This document shows positions 9,801-18,828 of a stretch of 64,000 bases of DNA, in pieces. Under the pieces are notes generated by a model. It was not told the DNA's origin and made no database searches. It worked only from the letters and a program-made list of their open reading frames with translations. Every line of letters starts with the position of its first letter. Positions within the stretch are counted from its first letter, which is position 1. Position numbers and translations under genes: made by a program. Origin of the DNA: Blastocatellia bacterium (lineage in GTDB: Bacteria; Acidobacteriota; Blastocatellia; UBA7656; JADIYM01); the NCBI GenBank assembly GCA_044224215.1, contig JBGAKX010000007.1:2020-66019 (forward strand), read 5' to 3'.

Positions 9801-10961
9801 CATCTGCGGGGATGCCACATCCGTCGGGACTTCGCAGATGCTGAGCACGCTCGGGTCGGGCAGACCCGTTCGCGTGTCGAACCCAAGCCACCTGTTGCGC
9901 ACCATGCGCGCGAGCCCGCCGCCGTCCGTCCCGATCCACAGCATCTGCGTGTCGCCGACGCCGGGTCCTGCCAGCAGGCTGAGCACCGCGTTGTGCGGGA
10001 GTCCCGAGTGCACGTCGATCGACCGGACCCGGCCCTCGTGAAAATGGGCGAGTCCACCCAGCGTGCCGAGCCACAGCCCTGCGTCGCCCGCGCCGCCCGA
10101 TACCCTGGCGATGCTGTAGACCTTCTCGGACGGCAATCCGTGCGAGGTGTCGTAGACCGTAAAGTCGCGACCGTCGAACCGTGCGAGCCCGCCAAGAGCC
10201 GTGCCGATCCAGAGCGTCGCTCCGCCGCCGGAATCAGGCGTGTCGCACAAGCTCCGGATCGAATCCGCGGGCAGGCCGTCGCGCGTCGTGAACGCGCTCC
10301 ATTCTCCATCGCGGAGTCTCCCGAGCCCTCCGCGCGTGCCGACCCACAGGGACCGCCGGCCCGCTGCGTCACGCGTCTCGCGCATCGCGAGCACGATGTC
10401 GTTCGGCAAGCCATTCCGCGTGGTGAATGTCCGGAACGCACCGCCGGCGAATCTCGCAAGACCGCCGCGCGTGCCGACCCAGAGCGTCGGCGTCCCGCGA
10501 TCGTCGACTGTCTCCAGCAGCGAGATGCAGATGTCATCCGGCAGGCCGTCCGCGCGACGGTACGTCGTCCACGAGTCCTTGTGATACCGCACGAGTCCGC
10601 CGCCGTGGAGCGCAAACCAGACGCTGCCGTCCACGGATCCGACCACGGCTCGGACAAAGTTCGACGCCGTGCGATTCGGCATCGGCACGACGTGCCAGAT
10701 CCTGCCGTCGTATCGCGCGGCGCCATCCTCCGTTCCGATCCAGAGGTACCCGTCTCGATCGAAGTCGAGGGCCATCACGGTGTTCTGCGGGAGGCCGTCG
10801 CGATCCGTGAAGACCTTCAGCGCGGGCAGTCCGAACCGCGTGAGCGCATCCTCGGCAAGACCGCGAGATCCGGCGTCTCCAACCTGGGCAGGCTGTCGTC
10901 GGGATGCCTGCTCGCGCACACCGCGGCGCCCGCGCATCGCGTTCAGAACTCTGCGGATCAT
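6897..10961 (-). CDS. hybrid sensor histidine kinase/response regulator with N-terminal beta-propeller (Y_Y_Y-type) sensor repeats
   Basis: Repeated WIGTxxGGLARF propeller blades, then a transmembrane segment, a coiled coil, HisKA (SHELRTPLNAVLGF), HATPase_c (GTGLGLAI) and a receiver domain (ILVVDD...LMDMRMPVMDG). Confidence 0.85.
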   Translation of the reverse strand: MIRRVLNAMRGRRGVREQASRRQPAQVGDAGSRGLAEDALTRFGLPALKVFTDRDGLPQNTVMALDFDRDGYLWIGTEDGAARYDGRIWHVVPMPNRTASNFVRAVVGSVDGSVWFALHGGGLVRYHKDSWTTYRRADGLPDDICISLLETVDDRGTPTLWVGTRGGLARFAGGAFRTFTTRNGLPNDIVLAMRETRDAAGRRSLWVGTRGGLGRLRDGEWSAFTTRDGLPADSIRSLCDTPDSGGGATLWIGTALGGLARFDGRDFTVYDTSHGLPSEKVYSIARVSGGAGDAGLWLGTLGGLAHFHEGRVRSIDVHSGLPHNAVLSLLAGPGVGDTQMLWIGTDGGGLARMVRNRWLGFDTRTGLPDPSVLSICEVPTDVASPQMLFGTDEGLARFDGAWSSVGVGQGLPSPIVLSLHATVGGTGTEVYAGTSPGGAVTIDDGHAQSLAIAGIAEGTSVSCFLTTTAADGSNVLWVGSDAGVARRERGVWRRYGIDDGLPHLYVTSLAATRASNGAEIIWIGTNGGGLARLEGERITSFNTSSGFPNNAVVCLREVCFADGARELWAGTLGAGIARLDLDDERRGWRTISDETQPALPNNTVYKILSDALGRVYVATNKGVARLTPDGSDSFTVYVFTTDDGLPSNECNANAGLVDSKGRLWVGTVAGAAMFDPYSEVEDRVTKPLHVNAVYGRGRRRTLANNQSLEHNQSDIVFTFDLLSYFRESDTRYRTQLCGFDEVPSDWSPEWKRTYTNLPAGTYSFRVWGRDYAGNVTGPESVGFEVRRAPWRTWWAYLGYAGAAMGAAYGGVQWRLHTLRHRTELLEATVSEQTAELAAKVDQLRHSEAITREKADELALAVDQLRTAERNAQRAKAEAIAAKDKALDASHAKSVFLSSMSHELRTPLNAVLGFAQLLERDPTLTVDQRDHLSAIMSSGEHLLHLINDVLSLSKIEAGKLSLSVEPFDLHRTIDGVEAMLRGRTRAKRLRLVVAKGDALPRQVLGDEGKLRQVLINLLGNAVKFTEQGTVTLAASWRDGIAEFTVSDTGVGVAEDELGTLFEPFVQSESGRRAKEGTGLGLAISRNFVEMMGGHIGVESTFGKGTTFRFDVELPSAEDADLSEGRRAILELEPGQREFKILVVDDAPRNRELLIKLLSAVGFTVGEAEDGRDAIAVWTNWQPHAILMDMRMPVMDGRAATTEIRRLEREMLGALDVGNGARTVIISLTASAFEHEREEILMAGCDDFLTKPFREDALFEKLAKHLGARFLRTGTSTQQSPGSASTGIVPPESLRELPVEWLSKLSDAVVKGDVEQASRLVQLLESHDAALALQLASLIKSYRFDELQDLLEQAAG

Positions 10962-11026
10962 CCGTCAGGCTCATACCATTCATTCGACGCCGAGTGCAAT
11001 GAGCACTCCGACGAAAGTCATTCGGA

Positions 11027-11054
11027 TTGCGGACATGCGGGCTCCCTGTATAAT
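11027..11054 (+). promoter_or_regulatory. putative sigma-70 promoter: TTGCGG, 16-nt spacer, TATAAT
   Basis: A TATAAT -10 box at 11049-11054 with a TTGCGG -35 box at 11027-11032, upstream of the small ORF at 11103. Confidence 0.4.
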
Positions 11055-11102
11055 CGGCGCACTCAAACCTGCAGGTTCATCGCAACGACATCGGGAGGCC
11101 AA

Positions 11103-11381
11103 ATGGCGACAAACGGCAGCTGTACGTTCTGGGGAAATCTGACGGTCTCGTGGACGTACAACGCGTCCAAGCAGCAGCTCACGGTTTCGGCCACGCTCAA
11201 TACCAAGCTGATCGGCACGACCGTGCTCAGCCCGGCGAACAAGACGGGCGAGCTCCAGGGGACCGACGCCGGCAACACGGCGACAGTCGGGCTGGCGGCC
11301 GATTTCACGACGTCCGTGCTGACGATGCGCGCGCACGAAACGGACGGCAACAAGAGCGCGACGCAGACTGGGAATTTCTAG
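11103..11381 (+). CDS. small Thr/Asn-rich hypothetical protein (92 aa)
   Basis: GGGAGG ribosome-binding site 4 nt before the ATG. The ORF occupies the tail of a long spurious antisense frame. Confidence 0.4.
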   Translation: MATNGSCTFWGNLTVSWTYNASKQQLTVSATLNTKLIGTTVLSPANKTGELQGTDAGNTATVGLAADFTTSVLTMRAHETDGNKSATQTGNF

Positions 11382-11474
11382 AGCCGTTTCGCGCAAAGGC
11401 GGAGAGGATCGCAACGACGCAAAGCCATTGCGTCTCCGAGTTCCTTTGCGTCTTTGCGTGAACTCCGTTCCGAC

Positions 11475-12002
11475 CTACTCGGTCAACGACCTGCTCGGCC
11501 GCGACCGCACCGAGAAGAACCGGAACGTATCCGGCGTCTCGGCAGGCTCGCAGATCCCGTCCTCGCGCATCTTCTCGAGCAGCTGCCGCGCCTCAACATA
11601 TGAGAGGTCCGTCTCGACCGTCAGACTGCTGACCTGGACGATGCCCTCGCATCGTCGAGCAAGGCTCAATACCTGCTTCTCGAGCCGAACCGCGCGGAGC
11701 GGCGCTTCGTCGAACGCAGGGAAGATGTAGATCGGACGCCCCTCGTCATCGAGGTCGCTCTCGCAGTATCCGGCTGAGTGCAGTGCGCGCAGACGAACTT
11801 CGACAGCCTCGAGACTCTCCGCGCTCCGCGATCGAACGTCGAGCGCCGTGATACGGCCTCCGTGCTGGATGGCGTTGCGGATGATGTCGCGTTCAAGCTC
11901 CCCGGCAGCTTCGTCGCGCAGGTGAATCTGCTTGCGGAACCATACCGCGGACGAGATGACGCCGGCCGCGTACGCGACGACAAGGAGAAGGAGTGTGCTC
12001 AT
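11475..12002 (-). CDS. membrane-anchored hypothetical protein
   Basis: Probable start MSTLLLLVVAYAAGVISSAVWF, a transmembrane segment, followed by a soluble domain. The start is uncertain and the frame stays open up to 12122. Confidence 0.45.
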   Translation of the reverse strand: MSTLLLLVVAYAAGVISSAVWFRKQIHLRDEAAGELERDIIRNAIQHGGRITALDVRSRSAESLEAVEVRLRALHSAGYCESDLDDEGRPIYIFPAFDEAPLRAVRLEKQVLSLARRCEGIVQVSSLTVETDLSYVEARQLLEKMREDGICEPAETPDTFRFFSVRSRPSRSLTE

Positions 12003-12164
12003 GCGATGTGATGATCCGAACGGTGCGTCACAGGCCAGCCTAAGCAGCAGTCGTCGTGTTGTCAAATCTCGCGTCGTCGATCGGGCGTCGCGCGCGGCGA
12101 ACGGGCGCTTCAGATGCGCCAATTTGGCCGGTCTCCGGCGTTCGGGTATATTCGAGCCTCATTT

Positions 12165-13286
12165 ATGACAGGCGCACGACACACGGACGTCGCAATCGTC
12201 GGCGGCGGAGTCATCGGCTGCTCGATCGCGCGCGCGCTTGCATCCGAGGGTCTGGACGTCACGATCGTCGACCGTGCAAAGATCGGCCGCGAGTCCTCGT
12301 ACGATGCCGCCGGAATGCTGGCTCCGCAGGCCGAAGCCGAGCAGCCGGGACCGTTTCTCGACCTGTGTCTCGAGAGCCGCGACATGTTCGCGACACTCGC
12401 CGGCGAATTGTTCGACGAAGTCGGACTCGACGTCTGGTACCGGGCTGACGGCACGCTGCTGCTCGCCTTTGACGAAAAGGAGGCCGCTCACCTGCGTGCG
12501 CGCGCAAAGGCGTTTCGCGGGATGGGGCTCGAATGCGAGCTGCTGACGCCGTCGGCCGCCCGGCGTGCCGAACCGGCGCTCGGGCCGAACGTCGCCGCGG
12601 CGCTTTCGGTCCCCGGCGACCACCAGGTCGACAATCGCAAGCTCGTCGAAGCGTACTCGCTGTCGTGCTTCGCGCGCGGCGTGCACATCATCGAGCATGC
12701 TCCGGTTCGCGCGATCGCGCGCGACGAGAGTGGTCGCGTTTCGGGCGTCGATACGACGCTTGGACGAATCGCGGCCGAAACCGTCATTGTCGCGGCGGGC
12801 TGCTGGTCAAATTTTGTCGAGGACTTTCCGGTGCCTGTCGAGCCGGTGAAGGGGCAGATGCTGATGCTGGAGATGGGCTCACCGCCGTGCCGCAAGGTCC
12901 TCCGATCCGAGCGGTGCTATGTCGTCGCACGAATCGACGGGCGTGTGCTCGTTGGCGCCACGATGGAGCGTGTCGGATTCGACAAGTCGGTATCGGCCAA
13001 GTCGGTGGGCTCACTGCTCGAGGCGGGCCGAGAGATCGCTCCGTCGCTCGCGAACGCGTTCGGGGGCGAGGCGTGGGCCGGATTGCGACCGGCGACACCG
13101 GACGGATTGCCAGCCATCGGGCAACTCGAAGACGGGCTCTACGCCGCCACCGGCCACTTTCGCAACGGAATCCTGCTGGCTCCCGTAACTGCGCGGATCG
13201 TCGCCGACGCGGTCATGGACCGAGAACCGCACGCGTCAGCGGCGATGCTCGATCCGGGACGCTTTGCTAGTCGTCCTTTGGCCTGA
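12165..13286 (+). CDS. thiO: glycine oxidase ThiO / FAD-dependent amino-acid oxidase
   Basis: DVAIVGGGVIGCSIA FAD-binding motif and the C-terminal GHFRNGILLAPVTA typical of ThiO/DAO. Confidence 0.8.
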   Translation: MTGARHTDVAIVGGGVIGCSIARALASEGLDVTIVDRAKIGRESSYDAAGMLAPQAEAEQPGPFLDLCLESRDMFATLAGELFDEVGLDVWYRADGTLLLAFDEKEAAHLRARAKAFRGMGLECELLTPSAARRAEPALGPNVAAALSVPGDHQVDNRKLVEAYSLSCFARGVHIIEHAPVRAIARDESGRVSGVDTTLGRIAAETVIVAAGCWSNFVEDFPVPVEPVKGQMLMLEMGSPPCRKVLRSERCYVVARIDGRVLVGATMERVGFDKSVSAKSVGSLLEAGREIAPSLANAFGGEAWAGLRPATPDGLPAIGQLEDGLYAATGHFRNGILLAPVTARIVADAVMDREPHASAAMLDPGRFASRPLA

Positions 13287-14139
13287 GTGTGGCAGTAGGT
13301 CGTCCCTTGGACTTGTGCTGCATCGGCTGAAACGTTCCGGTCTTGTCGAGGTCTTCCTGGCGGCCCCACAACCGCGACTCACGCTTGGGTGACGGAGCAA
13401 GCGACCGCTCGAACCCGTGCGTGGAAACCTCGGTCGAGTCCTCGCGGAACGACGCCGTCAGGAATGCGATCGCGAACAGGAGACCAACGTAGATCGCAAC
13501 GATCGCCATGACGATACGGCCGGACAATGCGCCGATGCTTGCGCGGCTCACGAATTCGTTGAAGTGCGCCGCAGGGACAGGGTGAATCGCGATCTTGATG
13601 ACCCAGCTCACGAGCACCAGGACGAAGATCCAGATGTAGTTCCGGCGGAGCCGGCGTCCGACCGCTTCCCAGAGCCCGACCGTGAAGTGGGGCCGAAGGA
13701 GATCCTCCGCAAGGTGCTCGGACCATGCATCACGATGTGTGACCGAGCGAACATTCGACGACAGCAGCGGTGCGATGTAGTCGGTCTCGATCACGCGGAC
13801 GCGACTCGACCACACCTCGTAATAGCGATAGCGGCGCGCCTCGATGAACAGGAACACGGCGATGAGCAGCGAGTTGATCAACAGCACGACGTGCGGGCTG
13901 TTGACGTCGCCGAACGCAAAGCTGAGTGTCGTGCCGGTCGTGAGGACCGCCCAGTTGAACGTCCCGTCGAGGCGTGTTCGCCACGTGTTGGCCCGGCTGA
14001 TCTCGCCGCGGTAGAAGTGTGCAAGAAAGACGCTGAACTCGGCTGGCGTTACTGCTCGCCGTTCCGTGAATTCGGGTTCAACCGCTACCGTCGAGCTGCC
14101 GTCCGAGGTCTGCCCCGTGGGCGCTACGTCCTGCTGCAT
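13267..14139 (-). CDS. DUF2270-like integral membrane protein
   Basis: Several transmembrane helices (LLINSLLIAVFLFIEARRYRYYEVW...) resembling the DUF2270 family. Confidence 0.5.
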   Translation of the reverse strand: MQQDVAPTGQTSDGSSTVAVEPEFTERRAVTPAEFSVFLAHFYRGEISRANTWRTRLDGTFNWAVLTTGTTLSFAFGDVNSPHVVLLINSLLIAVFLFIEARRYRYYEVWSSRVRVIETDYIAPLLSSNVRSVTHRDAWSEHLAEDLLRPHFTVGLWEAVGRRLRRNYIWIFVLVLVSWVIKIAIHPVPAAHFNEFVSRASIGALSGRIVMAIVAIYVGLLFAIAFLTASFREDSTEVSTHGFERSLAPSPKRESRLWGRQEDLDKTGTFQPMQHKSKGRPTATLRPKDD

Positions 14140-14231
14140 GCGAACACGCACTCCTCTCCGCTAATCAAGGCCATTCTAGCCCCTCAAATAAAACATAACC
14201 AAGGGGATTCGGGGTTACGCGCGCCAGCAAG

Positions 14232-14356
14232 ACCCGCCACCTACCGGTGGCGGTACTGGGTCTCAGAGTGTCCGTGATCCGTCTGGTGGTCATGACGACG
14301 TTCAAAAACACTTCCGTCACATCGCGCCACAGTACCGCCACCGGTAGGTGGCGGGT
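14232..14356. repeat. 27-bp perfect inverted-repeat pair separated by 71 bp (structured intergenic element)
   Basis: ACCCGCCACCTACCGGTGGCGGTACTG at 14232-14258 and its exact reverse complement at 14330-14356. Each arm is also self-complementary (CCGCCACC-TACC-GGTGGCGG). Confidence 0.7.
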
Positions 14357-14367
14357 ACGACTCACCG

Positions 14368-15981
14368 TCAGTTGATGTACCCGAGATCACGCAGCCTGCC
14401 TTCGAGCTCCTCGCGCTCGTCGGTGCCGTAGACGTCTTCCGAGCGCTCGAGCAGCACGCTCGTTCCCTTACGGTCGATCGTCCGTCCCTCACGAAACGCG
14501 TCCGTGAAGACCTCCTCGAGCACTCGTCCGTCCATGTCCTCGGTCAGCGGCAGCCCGAACTGGTACAGCAGTGTCGGAGTGACGTCGAGCAGGCGCGCTC
14601 CGTCGATCGTCGCACCTCGCCGCACGCCGGGTCCTATCGCGTAGAAGATCCCCTGCTCGTCGTGACCGGCGTGCACTGCGTCCACGAACAGGCCGTGGCC
14701 GGGCATCAGCGACATCCGCAGTCGCGAGCGACGCGAGCCGTCGATCAGGATGTCGGGCGCGTCCTCGAGAAACGGCCCGGTGAACGCCTCTTCCTTGGTC
14801 ACGATCGCCTCGAAGATCTGCTCGCCCGTGTCCGGGAAGCGCAGCTTCACGATCTCGCGGCGGATCTGCTCCACGATTCCGTCGTACTCGGCAGCGTCGA
14901 CGATCCCGTGCGGCTCGCGCCCAGCGAGATTGATCCGCAGACCGCCGTGCTGTGCAAAGTAGACCTTTGTTGCAGACCAATCGACGCGCTCGAGATAGTC
15001 GTTCTCGGAGTTCGTCACCGTCGTCCACTTGGACACGTAGCTGGCGCCGTCGCGCGGCGGCGCGCCCGGCGCGAACATTCGCCGCAGCCGCCCGACCACG
15101 CGCGAACCGAGGCTCGGCCCCGCCGGCTCCGACTTGAGAACGAGCAGGCCCTGATCGATCAGCCAGTGATTGATCAGCACATTCTTCTGATACCCGGCAA
15201 ACCCGTGGTCAGAGACGATGAAGACGCGCGTGTCGGGACCGACGTGATCGAGGATTCGACCAACGGCAGCGTCGCACCGTGCATAGATCTCGTCGACGAC
15301 GCCGCGAAACGCATTGCCCTGCTCGTACAGCGGGTGCGTCGGGTCCGAGTCGTTCCAGAACCGGTGCTGGCACCGGTCGAGCTCGGTGAAGATGCACATG
15401 AAGAAGTCGGGCTGGTACGTGTCCAGCAGCCACAGCGAAAGCTCTTCGCGAAGCTCGATCGATCGCAGCAATCGTTCGCGAACATAGGTCTTGTCGCCAA
15501 GCCCGATCGGCACGTCGATGATGTAATCGCCGAGCTCGGCGAGCATCGCGGTCTTGAGCTCTTCGGGTTCCGTCAGCCGGCTCTCGAGACTCGGCGTGAG
15601 CATGTCCGTGACTAGAAAGCCGTCGATCGGCTGAGGCGGGTACGTGCCTGGCACATTCACGACGCCGGTCTTGATGCCGGCATCGTTCAACAGGTCCCAG
15701 ACACGGCGCGCCTTGACGTCCGTCGAGTTCATCAGCTTCATGCCGTACCGCGTGCGGTCCCGCAGAAGTGCGTAGTAAATCCCGTGTTTCCCAGGATTTA
15801 CACCCGTCGTGCACGTCGTCCACGCGGGAAAGCTGTTCGTGATCACGGTCGACTCGAGCTGCCCGCGGACGCCCTCTCGCGCGACCCGCGCGAGGTTCGG
15901 CATCCGGCCTTCGGCCACGAGCCGGTCGATGACCTTGAACGTGCCTCCATCGAGGCCGATGACAAGCGTTCGCTGCGCCAT
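14368..15981 (-). CDS. alkaline-phosphatase superfamily protein (type I phosphodiesterase / nucleotide pyrophosphatase-like)
   Basis: LVIGLDGGTF and FIVSDHGF motifs of the AlkP-like core. Confidence 0.75.
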   Translation of the reverse strand: MAQRTLVIGLDGGTFKVIDRLVAEGRMPNLARVAREGVRGQLESTVITNSFPAWTTCTTGVNPGKHGIYYALLRDRTRYGMKLMNSTDVKARRVWDLLNDAGIKTGVVNVPGTYPPQPIDGFLVTDMLTPSLESRLTEPEELKTAMLAELGDYIIDVPIGLGDKTYVRERLLRSIELREELSLWLLDTYQPDFFMCIFTELDRCQHRFWNDSDPTHPLYEQGNAFRGVVDEIYARCDAAVGRILDHVGPDTRVFIVSDHGFAGYQKNVLINHWLIDQGLLVLKSEPAGPSLGSRVVGRLRRMFAPGAPPRDGASYVSKWTTVTNSENDYLERVDWSATKVYFAQHGGLRINLAGREPHGIVDAAEYDGIVEQIRREIVKLRFPDTGEQIFEAIVTKEEAFTGPFLEDAPDILIDGSRRSRLRMSLMPGHGLFVDAVHAGHDEQGIFYAIGPGVRRGATIDGARLLDVTPTLLYQFGLPLTEDMDGRVLEEVFTDAFREGRTIDRKGTSVLLERSEDVYGTDEREELEGRLRDLGYIN

Positions 15982-16042
15982 ACGAAAGCGAGCATCGTAC
16001 AGGCCGCTCGGCGCGAGATCAATCCTGCACCCTGTCGCGCCG

Positions 16043-16888
16043 TTATCGGCCCAGCAGTCGCCGCGCCTGCAGCACGACCGGCCGATCGATCATACGGCCG
16101 TCGACGACCACGACCCCAAGTCCTTCGCGCTCCGCATCGTCGAACGCCTCGAGTATCCGCTCGGCGCGAGCGATCTCGTCCGCAGTCGGCTCGTATGCTC
16201 GAGCAACGGGTTCGATCTGGGACGGATGAATGATCTGTTTCCCGCCGAAGCCGAGTCCGCGGCCCACCGTCGCGTCGCTGAACAAGCCCTCAGGATCGCC
16301 AAAATCGATGAACACCGTGTCGATCGGGACGACCCCGGCCGCGTGCGCCGCGGTCGAGATCGCACTGCGGAAGTAAATCAGCTCGGTTGCCGATTTCGTG
16401 CGCCGCAGCCCCATGTCGGCGGCGAGGTCTTCGCTGCCAATGGCGATCCCGACAACCCGGTCGCTCGCGGATGCGATCTCGTATGCACGGACCACGCCGA
16501 GCGCGCTCTCGACAAACGGAAGCAGCCTCAACGAATCGGGTGCGCCGTGCTCGGCGAGCGCATTCGCCGCCGCGTGCACGTCGCCTGCCGATTCACACTT
16601 GGGGATGCACACGCCGAACGGGGCGACGGGAGCGACCGCCCTGATGTCCGCCATGAAGTGATCCGACGTCGGCCCGTTCACGCGGACGAATAAAAGCGGC
16701 GTTGCGGGCCATTCACCAGTAAGTACATCGACGGCGGCGGCCCGCGCCTCGTCCTTCTCGCCAAAACCGACGCCGTCCTCGAGATCCAGAATGATCGCAG
16801 AGGCACGGAGCGAACGGGCCTTGTCGACCATGCGCCTCTTGTTGGGCGGCACGAACAGCATCGTGGTCAAGACCGGCAGATCCATCGG
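16043..16888 (-). CDS. HpcH/HpaI aldolase / citrate-lyase beta (CitE)-like CoA-ester lyase
   Basis: MLFVPPNKRRMVDKA...ILDLEDGV and IPKCESAGDV are CitE / malyl-CoA lyase signatures. Confidence 0.8.
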   Translation of the reverse strand, partial: PMDLPVLTTMLFVPPNKRRMVDKARSLRASAIILDLEDGVGFGEKDEARAAAVDVLTGEWPATPLLFVRVNGPTSDHFMADIRAVAPVAPFGVCIPKCESAGDVHAAANALAEHGAPDSLRLLPFVESALGVVRAYEIASASDRVVGIAIGSEDLAADMGLRRTKSATELIYFRSAISTAAHAAGVVPIDTVFIDFGDPEGLFSDATVGRGLGFGGKQIIHPSQIEPVARAYEPTADEIARAERILEAFDDAEREGLGVVVVDGRMIDRPVVLQARRLLGR

Positions 16889-16890
16889 TT

Positions 16891-17145
16891 TCAACGCGGC
16901 GCTCCTTCGGCCCACACAACGCCCCGCGCAGGGTCGAGGTCCGGGTCCGACGTCGAGCTGAGCGCGATTTCGACAATCGATTCGCCGGGCGTAACGTCGA
17001 CGGTCGCCTTTCCTCGATCGAGCTCGCGTGTGGAAACGTGAACCGTTGACGTGGATCCGTCGGACCCAACGCGCACGTACGCGTATCGACCGGGTCGGAC
17101 GGGAATCGTCACGGATCGTGTCGTCGCGATGGCTTCGTCCGGCAC
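16891..17145 (-). CDS. small hypothetical protein (84 aa), GTG start, coupled to the CitE-like gene
   Basis: Its stop codon lies 5 nt before the CitE-like start. No known domain. Confidence 0.3.
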   Translation of the reverse strand: MPDEAIATTRSVTIPVRPGRYAYVRVGSDGSTSTVHVSTRELDRGKATVDVTPGESIVEIALSSTSDPDLDPARGVVWAEGAPR

Positions 17146-17273
17146 GCGGGCATGCTAGCCCGGATTTCGCGGGAGCGGAATCGAAAGCGTGCACGGCGAT
17201 GTCGCCGGTGGCGAGAGAGGTTGATCCTGAGCACCCGTCTTCGTCAGGCGGCTGCGACGGGACCTCATTCAGA

Positions 17274-17444
17274 CTATCGATCCTTTCTGTGTCCCTTGCG
17301 CTTGTGCTGCTTCAGCACAGTTCGCGCGGCCACCTCTGCGGCGCGCTTGCCGTACCGGCCGGATTTCTCGGCCTCCTCCTTGATGTGCTCGTATTGGCGC
17401 TGCTCCTTCGCTCCAACGCCGCGCAAATGCTTCTTCCCAGGCAT
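17274..17444 (-). CDS. small basic protein (56 aa), hypothetical
   Basis: MPGKKHLRGVGAKEQRQYEHIKEEAEKSGRYGKRAAEVAARTVLKQHKRKGHRKDR. GGAGGA ribosome-binding site. It sits directly downstream of the TIGR03118-family gene and is probably co-transcribed with it. Confidence 0.5.
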   Translation of the reverse strand: MPGKKHLRGVGAKEQRQYEHIKEEAEKSGRYGKRAAEVAARTVLKQHKRKGHRKDR

Positions 17445-17464
17445 AAGGTCCTCCAGCGTGCGGT

Positions 17465-18568
17465 TCAGTTGCCCCCGGCCGGTCGGGACACAACCTTCCC
17501 AAACAGTCCGTGAGTCTCGTCGTCAAGCCCCGCGGTGAAGTACAGGACGTTCGTGCGGCCGGCCGATCCACCGTTTCCGAACGCAAGTCCCCAGAGACCT
17601 TCGATCGTGATCGGCTCGCCTCGCGTCGTCGTCAGAATTCCCTTGAAATCGCCTGTTGCCGGGTCGAACGCATTGATCGTGCCGTCGCCGAAGTTTCCGA
17701 TGAGCACGTCGCCGCTGAAAGCGCCAAAATCGGCCGGGGCGCGTACCACGCCCCACGGCGCGTTGAGCGTGCCGTGCTCGGCAAAGCGGCGAACCAGCGT
17801 CCCGTTGGTGTCGAACACGTCCACCAGCCCGAGTCCGGGTCCGGGCTCGTCTTCTCCCTCGTCGTTTCGCAGTGCGTAGGTCACGAAGAGCAGACCGTCC
17901 AGATTTGTCACGTTGAAGGGCGAGAATCCCACGTCCGCGTTTGGATCGGACGCCGTGGCGACGAGTTCGAGTTTCGAGTTGTAGATATCGACGACTCCCT
18001 TGGCAAAGTTCGCGACTGCCAGAACGTTTTCGTTGCCGCGCGTCGCGATCGTGATCCCCGTGTACTCGGCCCCAGACTGCGAGTTGTCGAGGATGACAAG
18101 GGACGATACCGTGTTCACGGCGGGATTCCACCCGTTGACGACGCCGTCGGTACCTGCGGTGATGAACAGGGCTGGTGCTGCCCTGTCGCCCGCCGTGACG
18201 ATGAAGTCCTGCGTCTTGTTGAACACGAGCCCGGACGGTCGTCCAGTACCGCGTGAATCCCCGGCGCCCGGGACAAAAACAAGCACTCGCGATCCGTCAC
18301 TACGAATCGGTCGACCGTTCTTGTCATAGGCCGTCATCAGTCCGGTCTCCTCGTTCGCCACCCACCACGGTCCTGTCGGGCTCGCGGCAAGACCCCACGG
18401 GTTTACGAGATTGCGGTCACGTCGGACGGCGGTCTGAGCTTGGTCGGAGACCAGCCTGGTCACCTTGTATCCCGGAGCTCCCTGTGCGTAGCTCGTGCAG
18501 GGGACCGCGACAACGGCCGACAGACACAGAACGGCAGCTGCATTGTTGAAGAACTCCCTGATTCGCAT
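17465..18568 (-). CDS. TIGR03118-family secreted beta-propeller-like protein
   Basis: Signal peptide, then NPWGLA and repeated propeller-like blocks. The family assignment is from memory. Confidence 0.6.
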   Translation of the reverse strand: MRIREFFNNAAAVLCLSAVVAVPCTSYAQGAPGYKVTRLVSDQAQTAVRRDRNLVNPWGLAASPTGPWWVANEETGLMTAYDKNGRPIRSDGSRVLVFVPGAGDSRGTGRPSGLVFNKTQDFIVTAGDRAAPALFITAGTDGVVNGWNPAVNTVSSLVILDNSQSGAEYTGITIATRGNENVLAVANFAKGVVDIYNSKLELVATASDPNADVGFSPFNVTNLDGLLFVTYALRNDEGEDEPGPGLGLVDVFDTNGTLVRRFAEHGTLNAPWGVVRAPADFGAFSGDVLIGNFGDGTINAFDPATGDFKGILTTTRGEPITIEGLWGLAFGNGGSAGRTNVLYFTAGLDDETHGLFGKVVSRPAGGN

Positions 18569-18600
18569 CGCTGTCCTCCTTCACCCTTGCTCGGTAGAAA

Positions 18601-18621
18601 CGTCTGCACGAGACGTGCCGG
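18601..18621 (-). promoter_or_regulatory. sigma-54 (RpoN) -24/-12 promoter
   Basis: The minus strand reads CC-GGCACG-TCTC-GTGCA, against the consensus TGGCACG-N4-TTGCA, about 35 nt upstream of the TIGR03118-family start. An NtrC-like activator is encoded immediately upstream. Confidence 0.6.
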
Positions 18622-18828
18622 AATTCGGGTTCGCGATTCGCCCCGCATCGCGACGATCGACAGATCGCACAGCACGGCGTCCGTACACATGGGCATACAC
18701 ACGTTGTATCGCGGCGCGACACTCGGTCCCCGCTCTTGCCGGCCAGGCTTCAGCCTCGTCCCGTCAGTGGGCTCCGGCGATGCTCGCAGTGAGTGGTCGA
18801 CACGCGTACCGGGTCGCCACCACGTCCA

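Noticed and set aside
8133-11102. 1082-aa ORF on the + strand lying entirely antisense to the hybrid histidine kinase
   Set aside because: It is low-complexity and Arg/Ala/Pro-rich with no motifs. It is a mirror-frame artefact of GC3 bias opposite a well-supported 1354-aa kinase gene. Only its last 279 nt (11103-11381) were kept as a possible small gene.
14662-15615. 317-aa + strand ORF inside the AlkP-like gene
   Set aside because: Antisense artefact. The sense frame carries clear AlkP-superfamily motifs.
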